In this document: piece by piece, positions 6,911 to 16,135 of the stretch
Position numbering within the stretch: position 1 is the stretch's first letter
Layout: the number at the start of each line of letters is the position of its first letter
From: a virus
Taxonomy: Duplodnaviria > Caudoviricetes
IMG/VR virus record: IMGVR_UViG_3300030372_001680
Coordinates: 1 to 42,792 of that record
Direction: 5' to 3' (one strand)
DNA: 42,792 nucleotides
Notes under the pieces: generated by a model
Seen by the model: the letters and a program-made list of their open reading frames with translations, nothing else
Database searches by the model: none
What the model was told of the DNA's origin: nothing
Translations under genes and position numbers: made by a program

Positions 6911-8617
6911 CTAAAGGTTCATCCATAGGTTCTCCACAGGTTTCCTACCGAATACATGCTCTTGAAACCTTTCAAGTTCTCTAGTTATTCTAGTATCCTC
7001 TAGTTCCTTCTGTGCTTCTTCTCTAGTTCTACTGAGGTGTTCTACCCAATAACCACAGGCCATACTTAAAGCATCTAAACGGTCATCATGTCGTAAACTT
7101 CCTTTATCTCTAGTGAGTCTACTAAGTTGATAACATAAGGAGTAACTTAAGCCTGTTTTATTTATAGTATCTTTATTACAAGACCTATAATCCTCTAAGA
7201 TAACCTTAGGGTCTATAATGAGGTGATGATTATTAAGAAGAGGTTCTAGTGTGTCTATTATCCTAAGTTCTTTCTGCTTACTGTGTCTTATTTCTTCTAA
7301 GGTAACTGGATAATTAAGTTTTTTAAGGGTTTGTCTTAATAATTGAGAAAACATCCCATCTCCGAAGTTAGACTCAACAATGATCCTGTTTATATTCTGA
7401 TCTTTGGCTATTTGAGCTAATTTAGTCAGTGTTGTCTCATCGTAGCCTCCCTTAAGACCTCCAGCCTTAGTGACAAACAACTGAGAGGCCAGTATTTTCA
7501 CTACAGCATACCCTGTTTCGTCTTGTCCTCTTCCTGAGGGGTCAATAGCCATGACTGACCCTGTGTATTTCTCATGGCCTTCTGAGACCTCCATAGGGCG
7601 ATAGAAATAATCACCACTAAAACCAACGCTAGGTAGATCTTTGAGAACCAGTTCAGGACTAGAAGCCCACACTAGCTTTGGAGAAGCTACGTCATTACTG
7701 AGGGGATGGACTACAAGATCAGTAAGTTTCAACGGGTATCTCTCAAGGTCACTCAGGCGGCTATCCAGCATGAACTGTAGGGCAAACCCCATCTTACCAT
7801 AGGACATCTCTCGTTCCTGAAGGTCTATATCGTCGAATCTGTCTGGATCTGTAGGCCGTAAAGCTAGTGATTTATCACTGTCTAGCTTTTCGTGGATATA
7901 AGGAGCCAATCTGTCTCCGTAAACACTATTTACGTCTTTATCGGGGTACTTCGCTGGCCATATTCGTGTTGTATATCCTCTTTGAAGGAGTTCGTTGTAG
8001 AGTGTTTCTTCTGATTGGGGAGTACCAAGAAAAATAATCCTACCGTCAGGCTTCAGAACAGCCTCAAACTCCTTAACGGTTTCCCCCAGACGATCCCTCA
8101 TTAGCTGAGTCATGCTGTTATTGGCCGACTCAACGTCATCAGCAATGATGATGTCTGCACGAGAACCCGTAAGCTGCCCTGTGATCCCCACAGATTTAAC
8201 GCTGGGAGCGTGAGCAGCAGGAGCTGGGCCTACATCAAAGCTAATCTTAGATGATCTCTGGTCTTCATGGGGCTTCAGATGCTGCAATATGGGCATTTCT
8301 GAGATTAACCTCAGGGTAAACGTACTAAAGTCGTCAGAACGGGTCTTAGAAGCAGAAACAACCAGAAAGTTAAGCTTAGGATTCAGGAGAAGCTGGTGAA
8401 CCACAAAGGCACTGGTAATCCAGCTTTTGCCTACCCCACGGAATGCTTGAATAACTAAACGCCTTGGGCCATGCTGAACGAACTGAGCGATGTCGTTCTG
8501 AATAGGCGTAGGGTTTGGCAGGTTCAGGTGCTTCCAAACAAGAAAAAGGAAGTTTCTGAAGTCTTTCAATCTGGGGTCTATACCAGATGTGCGTTTCTTG
8601 GAGCGTGAAGGGGTCAT
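6911..8617 (-). CDS. terL: Terminase large subunit (T7 gp19-like)
   Basis: Walker A AFRGVGKS, GSRADIIIADDVE, nuclease motifs IDPSGRGQDETG and HDDRLDAL. Confidence 0.97.
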   Translation of the reverse strand: MTPSRSKKRTSGIDPRLKDFRNFLFLVWKHLNLPNPTPIQNDIAQFVQHGPRRLVIQAFRGVGKSWITSAFVVHQLLLNPKLNFLVVSASKTRSDDFSTFTLRLISEMPILQHLKPHEDQRSSKISFDVGPAPAAHAPSVKSVGITGQLTGSRADIIIADDVESANNSMTQLMRDRLGETVKEFEAVLKPDGRIIFLGTPQSEETLYNELLQRGYTTRIWPAKYPDKDVNSVYGDRLAPYIHEKLDSDKSLALRPTDPDRFDDIDLQEREMSYGKMGFALQFMLDSRLSDLERYPLKLTDLVVHPLSNDVASPKLVWASSPELVLKDLPSVGFSGDYFYRPMEVSEGHEKYTGSVMAIDPSGRGQDETGYAVVKILASQLFVTKAGGLKGGYDETTLTKLAQIAKDQNINRIIVESNFGDGMFSQLLRQTLKKLNYPVTLEEIRHSKQKELRIIDTLEPLLNNHHLIIDPKVILEDYRSCNKDTINKTGLSYSLCYQLSRLTRDKGSLRHDDRLDALSMACGYWVEHLSRTREEAQKELEDTRITRELERFQEHVFGRKPVENLWMNL

Positions 8618-8634
8618 AGAGACGTTTTTATACC

Positions 8635-8943
8635 ATGAGTGAGTCCGAACAGCCTGAACACCTTAAAGAGCCTCCTAAGCCCTATTCTGCGCGATACAGA
8701 GGGTACTACCTGATTGAGAAGAAACTGGGTCGGGAGAAGGCTTTTGGAGAAGCTCTGTATCCTGAAAAAACTATTTTCATAGATCCTCGTCAAAATTCTA
8801 AAGAAATGATGGATACAATTATCCACGAACTGTTTCATGTTATGCCGTTGAGTCGGGGGTGGAGTGAGGAGGATGTGTGTAAGTCTGCTGAGATTGTGAC
8901 GTATTTTCTATGGAAACAGGGCTACCGGAGAATACAGAAATAG
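8635..8943 (+). CDS. Small HExxH zinc-metallopeptidase-like protein
   Basis: IFIDPRQ...DTIIHELFH...EE motif; the only credible plus-strand gene. Confidence 0.7.
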   Translation: MSESEQPEHLKEPPKPYSARYRGYYLIEKKLGREKAFGEALYPEKTIFIDPRQNSKEMMDTIIHELFHVMPLSRGWSEEDVCKSAEIVTYFLWKQGYRRIQK

Positions 8944-9355
8944 GATTAAAATAAGTACGAAGGGTTTCTAGAAACTCCAGCCAAGTTTTAAGGTCAGCAT
9001 CAGATTTCCCAAAGTTTGCAAAGCGACAGCAAAGAACCACGTTACCTTCGATGTAACCTAGATTTGAATCCACTCGATCCAGAGAAACTCTTTGGGGATG
9101 TTTCGGGAGACAGGAAGTCAAGATGGGAACCTTAGTCCAGAAACAAAGTCCTTTTTGATGATGCCAGAGATGATCTAAGTAGCTCTTTTCAATTTCTACT
9201 TTAATCAAATCTCTCTTTTTACGGATTACAACAGAACACCAAAGCCTGTACTGCCAGTTTCTAGTACAATACTTTCTTTGAGATTTTCTATGATTCTCAG
9301 CCTCCGACTGAGATAATTTTGTCCTCCGAGTCGTCATAGGGTAAGTCCTCTGCAA
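8840..9355 (-). CDS. His-Me finger/HNH-like endonuclease
   Basis: QKGLCFWT...SLDRVDSNLGYIEGNVVLCCRFANFGK; start may be ATG 9337. Confidence 0.75.
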   Translation of the reverse strand: MQRTYPMTTRRTKLSQSEAENHRKSQRKYCTRNWQYRLWCSVVIRKKRDLIKVEIEKSYLDHLWHHQKGLCFWTKVPILTSCLPKHPQRVSLDRVDSNLGYIEGNVVLCCRFANFGKSDADLKTWLEFLETLRTYFNPISVFSGSPVSIENTSQSQQTYTHPPHSTPDSTA

Positions 9356-9536
9356 TGTTAATCAGAGGGCTACTGGATTCAGCAGAAACTGTTATATTAT
9401 TATCCTTCAGCATTTGTCGAGCAACATTTAGGTCTGTAGGGGTAGCAGTACCTTCCTGAATGCGGGTCAACAGTTCTGACGCCAGTGATTCGTGAATCTT
9501 TGCTAGGGTTTCTTCGGATAGATCACTCACTTTCAA
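9297..9536 (-). CDS. terS: Terminase small subunit (T7 gp18-like)
   Basis: LLTRIQEGTATPTDLNVARQMLKDNNI motif, size and position. Confidence 0.85.
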   Translation of the reverse strand: MKVSDLSEETLAKIHESLASELLTRIQEGTATPTDLNVARQMLKDNNITVSAESSSPLINIAEDLPYDDSEDKIISVGG

Positions 9537-9729
9537 TCCTTTGTTCTAATCGGTTAATATAAAGACCCAAAGCTTTAACAAAAGCTGCTCCCTCTTCAGA
9601 TTCCACCGCCATCTCCAAGCCCTTCGGATGAGCTTCCGCTATCTCCTGAAAGCCGTTCAGCTTCACGCTGACGCAACCTCCGCTCACGAGCAGTAGCAAT
9701 AAGATCAATAAGCACTTTATCTTTTTCAT
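9523..9729 (-). CDS. Lipoprotein, possible o-spanin
   Basis: Basic N-terminus, hydrophobic core, lipobox-like VSGGC; overlaps 9596-9835 in another frame. Confidence 0.6.
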   Translation of the reverse strand: MKKIKCLLILLLLLVSGGCVSVKLNGFQEIAEAHPKGLEMAVESEEGAAFVKALGLYINRLEQRIESE

Positions 9730-9835
9730 CTTTTCGTTGTTGGGCAGCTATGGCTGTTCCCAAGTCTCCTAGCCGCTCCAAAGCGTCCACAATTCGTGGT
9801 ATGGCTTTGGCAGCAGCTAGAAGCTCGGTGAACAT
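9596..9835 (-). CDS. Hypothetical protein, possible i-spanin-like partner
   Basis: Helical and charged; overlap arrangement recalls Rz/Rz1, but the N-terminal membrane anchor is weak. Confidence 0.45.
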   Translation of the reverse strand: MFTELLAAAKAIPRIVDALERLGDLGTAIAAQQRKDEKDKVLIDLIATARERRLRQREAERLSGDSGSSSEGLGDGGGI

Positions 9836-9853
9836 GGTAGCGAACCATTTTTA

Positions 9854-10075
9854 CTAAGGCCGATGAGTTACGTCACCATCTTTACCAGACGATGCGTATT
9901 CTTTCATAGCGTCCACGATTCCCTGTCCTCCAATGTAGGCAGGGACGATTATAATTACAGCACTAACCAGTTGCTCCGTCAGTTCAGGAGAAAGGTTGAG
10001 CCATTCAGTAGCGGCAACGGTCAAAAGACCGCCTACAGCCACCCACAGTTTTCTGCTTTTTAGTTTATCTTTCAT
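9854..10075 (-). CDS. Holin-like membrane protein
   Basis: Start at MKDKLKSRKLWVAV; two hydrophobic helices and AYIGGQGIVD, typical of small phage holins. Confidence 0.7.
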   Translation of the reverse strand: MKDKLKSRKLWVAVGGLLTVAATEWLNLSPELTEQLVSAVIIIVPAYIGGQGIVDAMKEYASSGKDGDVTHRP

Positions 10076-10076
10076 G

Positions 10077-10298
10077 TTATTCTCCACCAAACAGTTTAGA
10101 GAAAGCTGCTGCCCCACCCGCAGATCCAAGCCCAATGGCCCCTACGAGCTTCCAACGAAATTCTTCGAGATACTTCAGCCTTAGCGAGTGATTATTCATC
10201 CGCTCCGCAATCTCATCGAGGCGATCAGCTATAGCAATTTGGCGGGACTCAATCCGAGCCAACTGTGCTGACAATGAATTGGGATCATACTCCGCCAT
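10077..10298 (-). CDS. Coiled-coil protein with C-terminal membrane segment (lysis-module associated)
   Basis: Heptad N-terminus, then WKLVGAIGLGSAGGAAAF. Confidence 0.65.
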   Translation of the reverse strand: MAEYDPNSLSAQLARIESRQIAIADRLDEIAERMNNHSLRLKYLEEFRWKLVGAIGLGSAGGAAAFSKLFGGE

Positions 10299-10752
10299 CT
10301 TTAGGTTCCTCCGCGTTCTCTATCCGATCAAGGCTAGCCTGTTGATCTGGATCTAAGGGCCATTCGGGCTTGATTTTATCAAAGTCTTCGTAGGTTTCCG
10401 CAGCAACATACGCCACTTCTAGCCGATCCGCTTCCGCAATTACAGCGGCACGGAATGTTGCCCAATCTTCAGCTACCACTCGGCTACGCTCTACATTAGC
10501 AATAACCATCCAATCAGATTGAGCCAACAGTTTGCCAGCGGTATCCTTGGCCTTCATTACTGCGGTGGACTTTTCACGATCAACTGGCGCACGGACTACT
10601 GGAGGCTCCTCAGGCGTAACCCAAGTAATGCCTTGAGCTTCCTTGGCTGCCGCTGGTGCTGTTCGCAACCAATTAGAAGCAAATTTTATGTTGTTGTGAG
10701 TGAAACTTTTGTCCATCGGGAGCGCCCGACCTTCTGTTGTGATATATGGCAT
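10285..10752 (-). CDS. Tail fibre assembly chaperone-like protein
   Basis: LLAQSDWMVI...WATFRAAV...WP motif directly after the fibre gene. Confidence 0.65.
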   Translation of the reverse strand: MPYITTEGRALPMDKSFTHNNIKFASNWLRTAPAAAKEAQGITWVTPEEPPVVRAPVDREKSTAVMKAKDTAGKLLAQSDWMVIANVERSRVVAEDWATFRAAVIAEADRLEVAYVAAETYEDFDKIKPEWPLDPDQQASLDRIENAEEPKDGGV

Positions 10753-10761
10753 GATTAAATC

Positions 10762-13700
10762 CTATCTTGCGTTGGCGTGTTTTAGGGGTGACTCGCTGAA
10801 ACAGGCATACACGAAACTCGTATTGTTTTGGTTTGTAACAGACCCCGAACCCCTCAACTTAAATCCGTTAGCTGTGAAATCCGCTTTGTTCGAGGCTGCG
10901 GTGTCTTCGTCGTTACTTGTGTTTGGCTCAAGAAATTTATCAACTACGTTGTAACCATCCCGCTTGTTGTCTAACAGAAACCAATCCTGTGATGCGCCTA
11001 TGTTTTTTATTAGCACAAAAGCTGGTCGGAATCCGGTGTAGATAAATGGCCCATCCGCGTCTCCATTGCCCGTGTAACTCCCAAACTTTGAATAACCTTC
11101 GACGCCATCCCATCCGTAGAAGATAAAGTCTTTATTGTTTTTAACTGGTTGGATAGAGCCAGACCCACTACTGTAATCAACCCAATAAATATTTGTTAGC
11201 TCTGCTTGGTGTTGGGTGTCATCGTTTTTGTTGGTAAAAAATCCTGATGATCCTGTGCTATACGCAACTCCGTAGTTATCAAAAAATATTTGGTAAGAAG
11301 CATCGCCTAAATCTTTATGCCAAATTAGCCAGTCTGTTGAGTCATCATCCCTGTTTTTACAAATTACAAAATCTAGGGGTACGCCGAGTGAATGATTAAA
11401 CAGCATCGAGTCTGATTGAGAGTCAGAATTACCCGTGTAGGTAAACATCGTGAACCCAGCCGCAGCGTTATACTTCTCGGAGTTCGAGCTTACGGTTGTC
11501 CCACCCCCAGCGACCACAGTTCCAGTAGTTGATTCATTGGCCGTGCTGTAGCTAGAGTGTTGGTAAAACGTATCACCATCGCTAAACTCTGTAGAAGAGT
11601 CCCCATCATCGTAGTAGTAGCTTTGAAGGTTATTGCTGCTATCGTCATCAAGAGATACGTCTATGTTATACCAATCAGAAAAATCGCTATCGCAATCCCA
11701 TACTATTTTAATCTTTTGAGGGTCGTTTGTTTTAATATCCCACTCGTTTGAATAACCACCGCTACCGTCATCTGTAGTAGGTTGCCCAACTTCCCCAATC
11801 TCTGCTGTGCCTTCGTAGACTTTTAACTTTGTATTTCCCCAGCCATCAGTTTCACCAGACATATAATCTGATACTGTAAGGGTAAGCGTGTCGGAATAGC
11901 TTGCTGAAGCAGAAGGAGTTTGGTGGGCTTTCCAGTTCCAGCTAATGAAATCTTTACCAGAAGCATTTGTGTAATCGTAAGACCCTGAAGCAAGAGTGAA
12001 ACCTTCACTTCCAGTGTCGCTATCAAAGGACGCTACACGCTGGGTGTTATCCTCGTTGTCCCTGCTGTTAGACGCTAATGCCCCAGCAGAGAGTCCACGG
12101 GCTGAATCATACAGGCCGTGGTAGTAATTCGAATCCTCTCTGCGTTTAATCCAAGTAAGGGCTGGAGTGAATCCAAGGTTTATTTCTTCACCACCACCTT
12201 CACCCTCATACGCTTTTGCCTCGAAATGCTCTGACGGGGTGACGGACGGGTCATCGAAATTGCTGGTGTTAAGTGCGGTAGCTGTTGTGCTTCCTATATC
12301 TGGAGCAGTCCCCCACCATTCACCAGCTTCAAAATATCCGGTAATCTGGTCTATGCCATTATCGTGCGAGGTGGCTGTAAATGTTGCACTACCATCAAAA
12401 TCAATGCTGTCGGATGATGTAAGGCTTTTAAGAAGTGTCTTGGTTCCATCTGATTCAACTTCGTAAAAGTCGGCTTTGTTGTTGGCTCCGTCAAACGCGA
12501 TGCCTAGACGGTTGCTGCCAACTGCGGTAACTGAATGACTGCCATCTGGCGATTGGACAGTGCCGTCTGACCCGTAGTAACATCCGTTGGATGAGTGAGC
12601 ATAACCAGTGTGTCCATCATTCCACCTTGCCCGAACCACTCCCGCCCCAGAGATGCTCGATGTGCCACTACCACTACTTCCGGTTTTGGAAAACGCAAAC
12701 TCCGCATAATGAACGCCGCTGGACGCGATGGTTGTGGATGTGTGGGCTACGCCCCCAGTGTAGGTGGCTACTGTGTTGCCCTCGCTGTATGTGAAAACGT
12801 GAGTAGTGCTATCTAAACGCCTAATTAAAGGGTTCCAAGTTGCGTGATTTTTGAGGGGATTGTCCTCGCGGATGTCCGTTGAATTAAGGTTAGTTGGCTC
12901 GAAGTGGTTCTTGTTGCCCGATTGGTCACCACCGATATAGACGGGGTTAAGCTCGAATGGGGCTGATTGTAAGGAGCTACTGAAGTTGGTGGTGTAACGC
13001 GCTGTGCCTTTTGTGATTCGGACATCAAAGATATAACCAGTAAAGGCAGCACTCGTTCCTCCGTCAGCCGTTGAGCCAAGTCGCGGTTTGCTGTTTTCGG
13101 TCAGGTTATTACTAAAAGATTGCGTAGTTCCGGTGGCTGTTCCGTCTATGTATGCGTAAAGTGTTCCGCTATCTCTAACCAATGCAATGTGATGCCAAGT
13201 GTTAGTGGATAATGAGCCGCCTAACACATAGTTACCACCGGAGTAAACCTTTACCCCATTTGTTGTGTCTGTTGAAAACGCAAACGTGTCAGTGTCTGTG
13301 TTATTAGTTGGGCGCAAATCAATCAGCATTGCATCAGTGCTGCTCGGGATGGACTCAAAGTACCACCATCCTTCTACAGTGAAATCCCCTGTACCAAACG
13401 CAAAGTCGCTGGATGCCGCCGCTACAATTGTATCCCCGTTGCCGTCAAAATACATCGCAGTACCAGAGCCAAAAGGATTACCAACAGTGTTGTCGTGATG
13501 AGTGTTTCCGCTGACAGTTAGCACATGCCCCTTTGCCGCATCAGCAAACAACGTGTCGCCATCATTGCGGTCAATGGAGGATACGAGGAGGTCGGCATCG
13601 TGGGCTGGCTGTGCGTCGATGTGGAATCCGTTTGTACCGAATGCTCCGGTGTACTCTTTGGGTTTCAGGCCACCAAAGCCATTCGATTCCGTAAACGAGG

Positions 13701-14202
13701 TGTGGTCGAGTGCGCTACCCTCGATTCCGTATATGTCTGCGAGGTAGCCGTCAAAATTGTAGCTAGTGTTGCCGCTCCAACGCCCGAAATAAACATTACC
13801 CCAAGCTGGGTAGGAAACGCTAGAGGATAGGGCGTGAGCTACCCCGTTAACATAAATGGTTATTGTTCCAGCATTGCATGAAATCGTGAGTTGATACCAA
13901 CTTGATGTATCTCTGAAAACGGCGGTAGTGTACCTGTAAGCTGATCCATTCCAAATTGAAATTCGGTCGGAAGAGTCAAAGTTGATTCCATCTCCACCCC
14001 AGCTAAAGAAGTATTGCAGTGAGGACAGTTTGGAACGCTTAACCCACATTGCCACTGTCCAAGTGGTGTCCGTGCTGCCTGTCGCTTTGTAGAGATTAGA
14101 GTTGTTCCCATCATCCCACCGCAGCGAACGAGTCACAGGGTCTTCGGCTGGGGTTGAGTCGTCAGCCGCTGATGTGATTAAACTGGAATTAAAGAGAGGC
14201 AT
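10762..14202 (-). CDS. Tail fibre / receptor-binding protein with concanavalin A/LamG-like domains
   Basis: LamG-type motifs (WTVAMWVKR, FGTGDFTVEGW, WHHIALVR, GYIFDVRITKG) and C-terminal GSYTGNG...IYTGFRPAFVLIK repeats. Confidence 0.8.
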   Translation of the reverse strand: MPLFNSSLITSAADDSTPAEDPVTRSLRWDDGNNSNLYKATGSTDTTWTVAMWVKRSKLSSLQYFFSWGGDGINFDSSDRISIWNGSAYRYTTAVFRDTSSWYQLTISCNAGTITIYVNGVAHALSSSVSYPAWGNVYFGRWSGNTSYNFDGYLADIYGIEGSALDHTSFTESNGFGGLKPKEYTGAFGTNGFHIDAQPAHDADLLVSSIDRNDGDTLFADAAKGHVLTVSGNTHHDNTVGNPFGSGTAMYFDGNGDTIVAAASSDFAFGTGDFTVEGWWYFESIPSSTDAMLIDLRPTNNTDTDTFAFSTDTTNGVKVYSGGNYVLGGSLSTNTWHHIALVRDSGTLYAYIDGTATGTTQSFSNNLTENSKPRLGSTADGGTSAAFTGYIFDVRITKGTARYTTNFSSSLQSAPFELNPVYIGGDQSGNKNHFEPTNLNSTDIREDNPLKNHATWNPLIRRLDSTTHVFTYSEGNTVATYTGGVAHTSTTIASSGVHYAEFAFSKTGSSGSGTSSISGAGVVRARWNDGHTGYAHSSNGCYYGSDGTVQSPDGSHSVTAVGSNRLGIAFDGANNKADFYEVESDGTKTLLKSLTSSDSIDFDGSATFTATSHDNGIDQITGYFEAGEWWGTAPDIGSTTATALNTSNFDDPSVTPSEHFEAKAYEGEGGGEEINLGFTPALTWIKRREDSNYYHGLYDSARGLSAGALASNSRDNEDNTQRVASFDSDTGSEGFTLASGSYDYTNASGKDFISWNWKAHQTPSASASYSDTLTLTVSDYMSGETDGWGNTKLKVYEGTAEIGEVGQPTTDDGSGGYSNEWDIKTNDPQKIKIVWDCDSDFSDWYNIDVSLDDDSSNNLQSYYYDDGDSSTEFSDGDTFYQHSSYSTANESTTGTVVAGGGTTVSSNSEKYNAAAGFTMFTYTGNSDSQSDSMLFNHSLGVPLDFVICKNRDDDSTDWLIWHKDLGDASYQIFFDNYGVAYSTGSSGFFTNKNDDTQHQAELTNIYWVDYSSGSGSIQPVKNNKDFIFYGWDGVEGYSKFGSYTGNGDADGPFIYTGFRPAFVLIKNIGASQDWFLLDNKRDGYNVVDKFLEPNTSNDEDTAASNKADFTANGFKLRGSGSVTNQNNTSFVYACFSESPLKHANAR

Positions 14203-16103
14203 TAAGTAAGAGCTTTAGAGTTAGTAAGACAAACTTTTGTACCGTTACAGATATAACTAATTAAGAATGTACCCGAAACTCCGCTAATTGTATTAACAAC
14301 ATCAGCATGTGTAAGAGTAGTGCTAGTGCTGAATGATATAGTCCCACCAGCGTTAGTAAGCAGAATAAAACCGCTTTGCCCGTTAGCGTCAGTTAACGCA
14401 GCAGTAGTGGAGTTTAATTCAAAGGTAACTCCACTAGCCCCAGACGAAGTAACAGTCCAAGTCCAGTTTTGAGCTGTGTCCGTGTAGAACGTAGTAGTGT
14501 CATCGGCATAAGATGTATTAAATGCACTACGTTGAGTTGCTGTCCATGCTTGTTGTTGATCGTACACAGCATTGTTAGCTGCGTGTTGCATTACGTCAGT
14601 ACCAATGACTAACCCAAGAGTAGTTCGTTGAGCAGCAGCATTTGCATCGTCAAGCAGGTCTTTACCAGCAGCAGTTAAATCGTAAGTAGCCGCTGTTCCT
14701 GAGCCTGTAAACTGAATGCCTTTATCAGCAGCAGAAGTCAGTCCTGCAAGAGCAGTTAGCTCATCATCTAAAGGTTGGTAACTATGGGCGTGAGCTGCTT
14801 CGGCAAACGTACCTCCGACTGCTGCTAAGTTTACATCCCGATCACCCATAGTGATGACCCGTGTAGTGCCTGTGGTAATAGCTCCTGCATCAATACGGAC
14901 TTGCTTAGTAGCGTCTGTGGGGTCTTTGACGACTGCTGTAGAATCTGCGATTGGCAGGGTGTCGCCTCCGCTTGCCGTAGAGGCTATAGTTATTTCACTA
15001 CCGCTATCGGTAACTGTAATGTTTGATCCTTGAGCAATCTTTTTAAACTCTAGGTCAGTACCAGTTTTTTGTTTAAATACTGTACCTTCACCAGTGCCTA
15101 CGTTGCTACCAGTGTTAGCTTCACCTCCGCCAGATCCCGGAGCTGCTGCCCACACGGCATTCCCAGAAGAGTTCTTAGTTAAGACATAGTTATCCGTAGC
15201 CCCGCTACTTTGGGTAAGAGCGTCAATCGAAGCTTGGGCTGTAGTTTGGCCCGTGCCTCCACTTCCTAAAGGAACTGTTCCCCCTGTAATTGCCTGACCA
15301 GAGATTGTCAGGTAGTTCTCATTGACTAGAGTTACAGGAGTGGAGTTATCCGTACCAGAAACGTCTACCCCTAGAGTAGTGCGAGCTGCTGCGGCATCTG
15401 CATCATCTACGACAGTTTTACCGAAGTCCGATATAGTGGTGTTAGCTGGTAAAGACAGTGTTTTAATATCAGCGTCCACCTCAGAGTCCATCAAGGCTCC
15501 TGCTGCGGTTACGTTAGTGGTGGTTGTTACATCAGCGTTTTCTTCAATGTTAGTAAGCTTAGTACGCTCACCAGAAGTAATAATGGCCCCTGAACCTGCG
15601 TCAGTTACATCAGCTAACTCAGTTACGTTGTGAGTGCCTAAGTTTACTACTGTATCGGCAGAGCCTGAGATACTGGCAGCAATAGTGCCGTCTTCTAGTA
15701 ATGTTACTTTATTATCCTCTAACTCTTGCACCATTTGGCGAAGGTGAGTTTGAGAATCGTCAAGATTAGCTTCGGTTACTGTGGCTCCGTCAGTGTAATC
15801 GACACCGTTAGTTGTTAACCCAGTGTTCCGACGAACTTCAATTTGGTAAGTAGATCCATTAGCTAGTACAGCAGCAGCAAGAGTAATTACTTTATTGTCA
15901 TCAATCGTGTATTGACTTGGATAAGTCAAAGCACTGACAGAATCAGCAGCAAGACGAGTCTTAAAAGCAGTCAGAGTTTCGCCAGCGTTTGAAACCCTGA
16001 CTTCAATCTGAGATTTCTTTAAGTAATCAAATGTAATAGCAGCTAGATTTTCTGTACCATCTGCTCCTGCTACACTTGTTTTGTATTCTACTGAGTAAGC
16101 CAT
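14202..16103 (-). CDS. Tail fibre protein with T7 gp17-like N-terminal anchor
   Basis: [16 protein letters not shown] and [14 protein letters not shown] in the N-terminus; Ala/Thr/Gly-rich shaft with AAAxRTTLG repeats. Confidence 0.85.
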   Translation of the reverse strand: MAYSVEYKTSVAGADGTENLAAITFDYLKKSQIEVRVSNAGETLTAFKTRLAADSVSALTYPSQYTIDDNKVITLAAAVLANGSTYQIEVRRNTGLTTNGVDYTDGATVTEANLDDSQTHLRQMVQELEDNKVTLLEDGTIAASISGSADTVVNLGTHNVTELADVTDAGSGAIITSGERTKLTNIEENADVTTTTNVTAAGALMDSEVDADIKTLSLPANTTISDFGKTVVDDADAAAARTTLGVDVSGTDNSTPVTLVNENYLTISGQAITGGTVPLGSGGTGQTTAQASIDALTQSSGATDNYVLTKNSSGNAVWAAAPGSGGGEANTGSNVGTGEGTVFKQKTGTDLEFKKIAQGSNITVTDSGSEITIASTASGGDTLPIADSTAVVKDPTDATKQVRIDAGAITTGTTRVITMGDRDVNLAAVGGTFAEAAHAHSYQPLDDELTALAGLTSAADKGIQFTGSGTAATYDLTAAGKDLLDDANAAAQRTTLGLVIGTDVMQHAANNAVYDQQQAWTATQRSAFNTSYADDTTTFYTDTAQNWTWTVTSSGASGVTFELNSTTAALTDANGQSGFILLTNAGGTISFSTSTTLTHADVVNTISGVSGTFLISYICNGTKVCLTNSKALT

Positions 16104-16135
16104 TTTTTGTACCCTCTTATTGTTGAGTTAAAATA

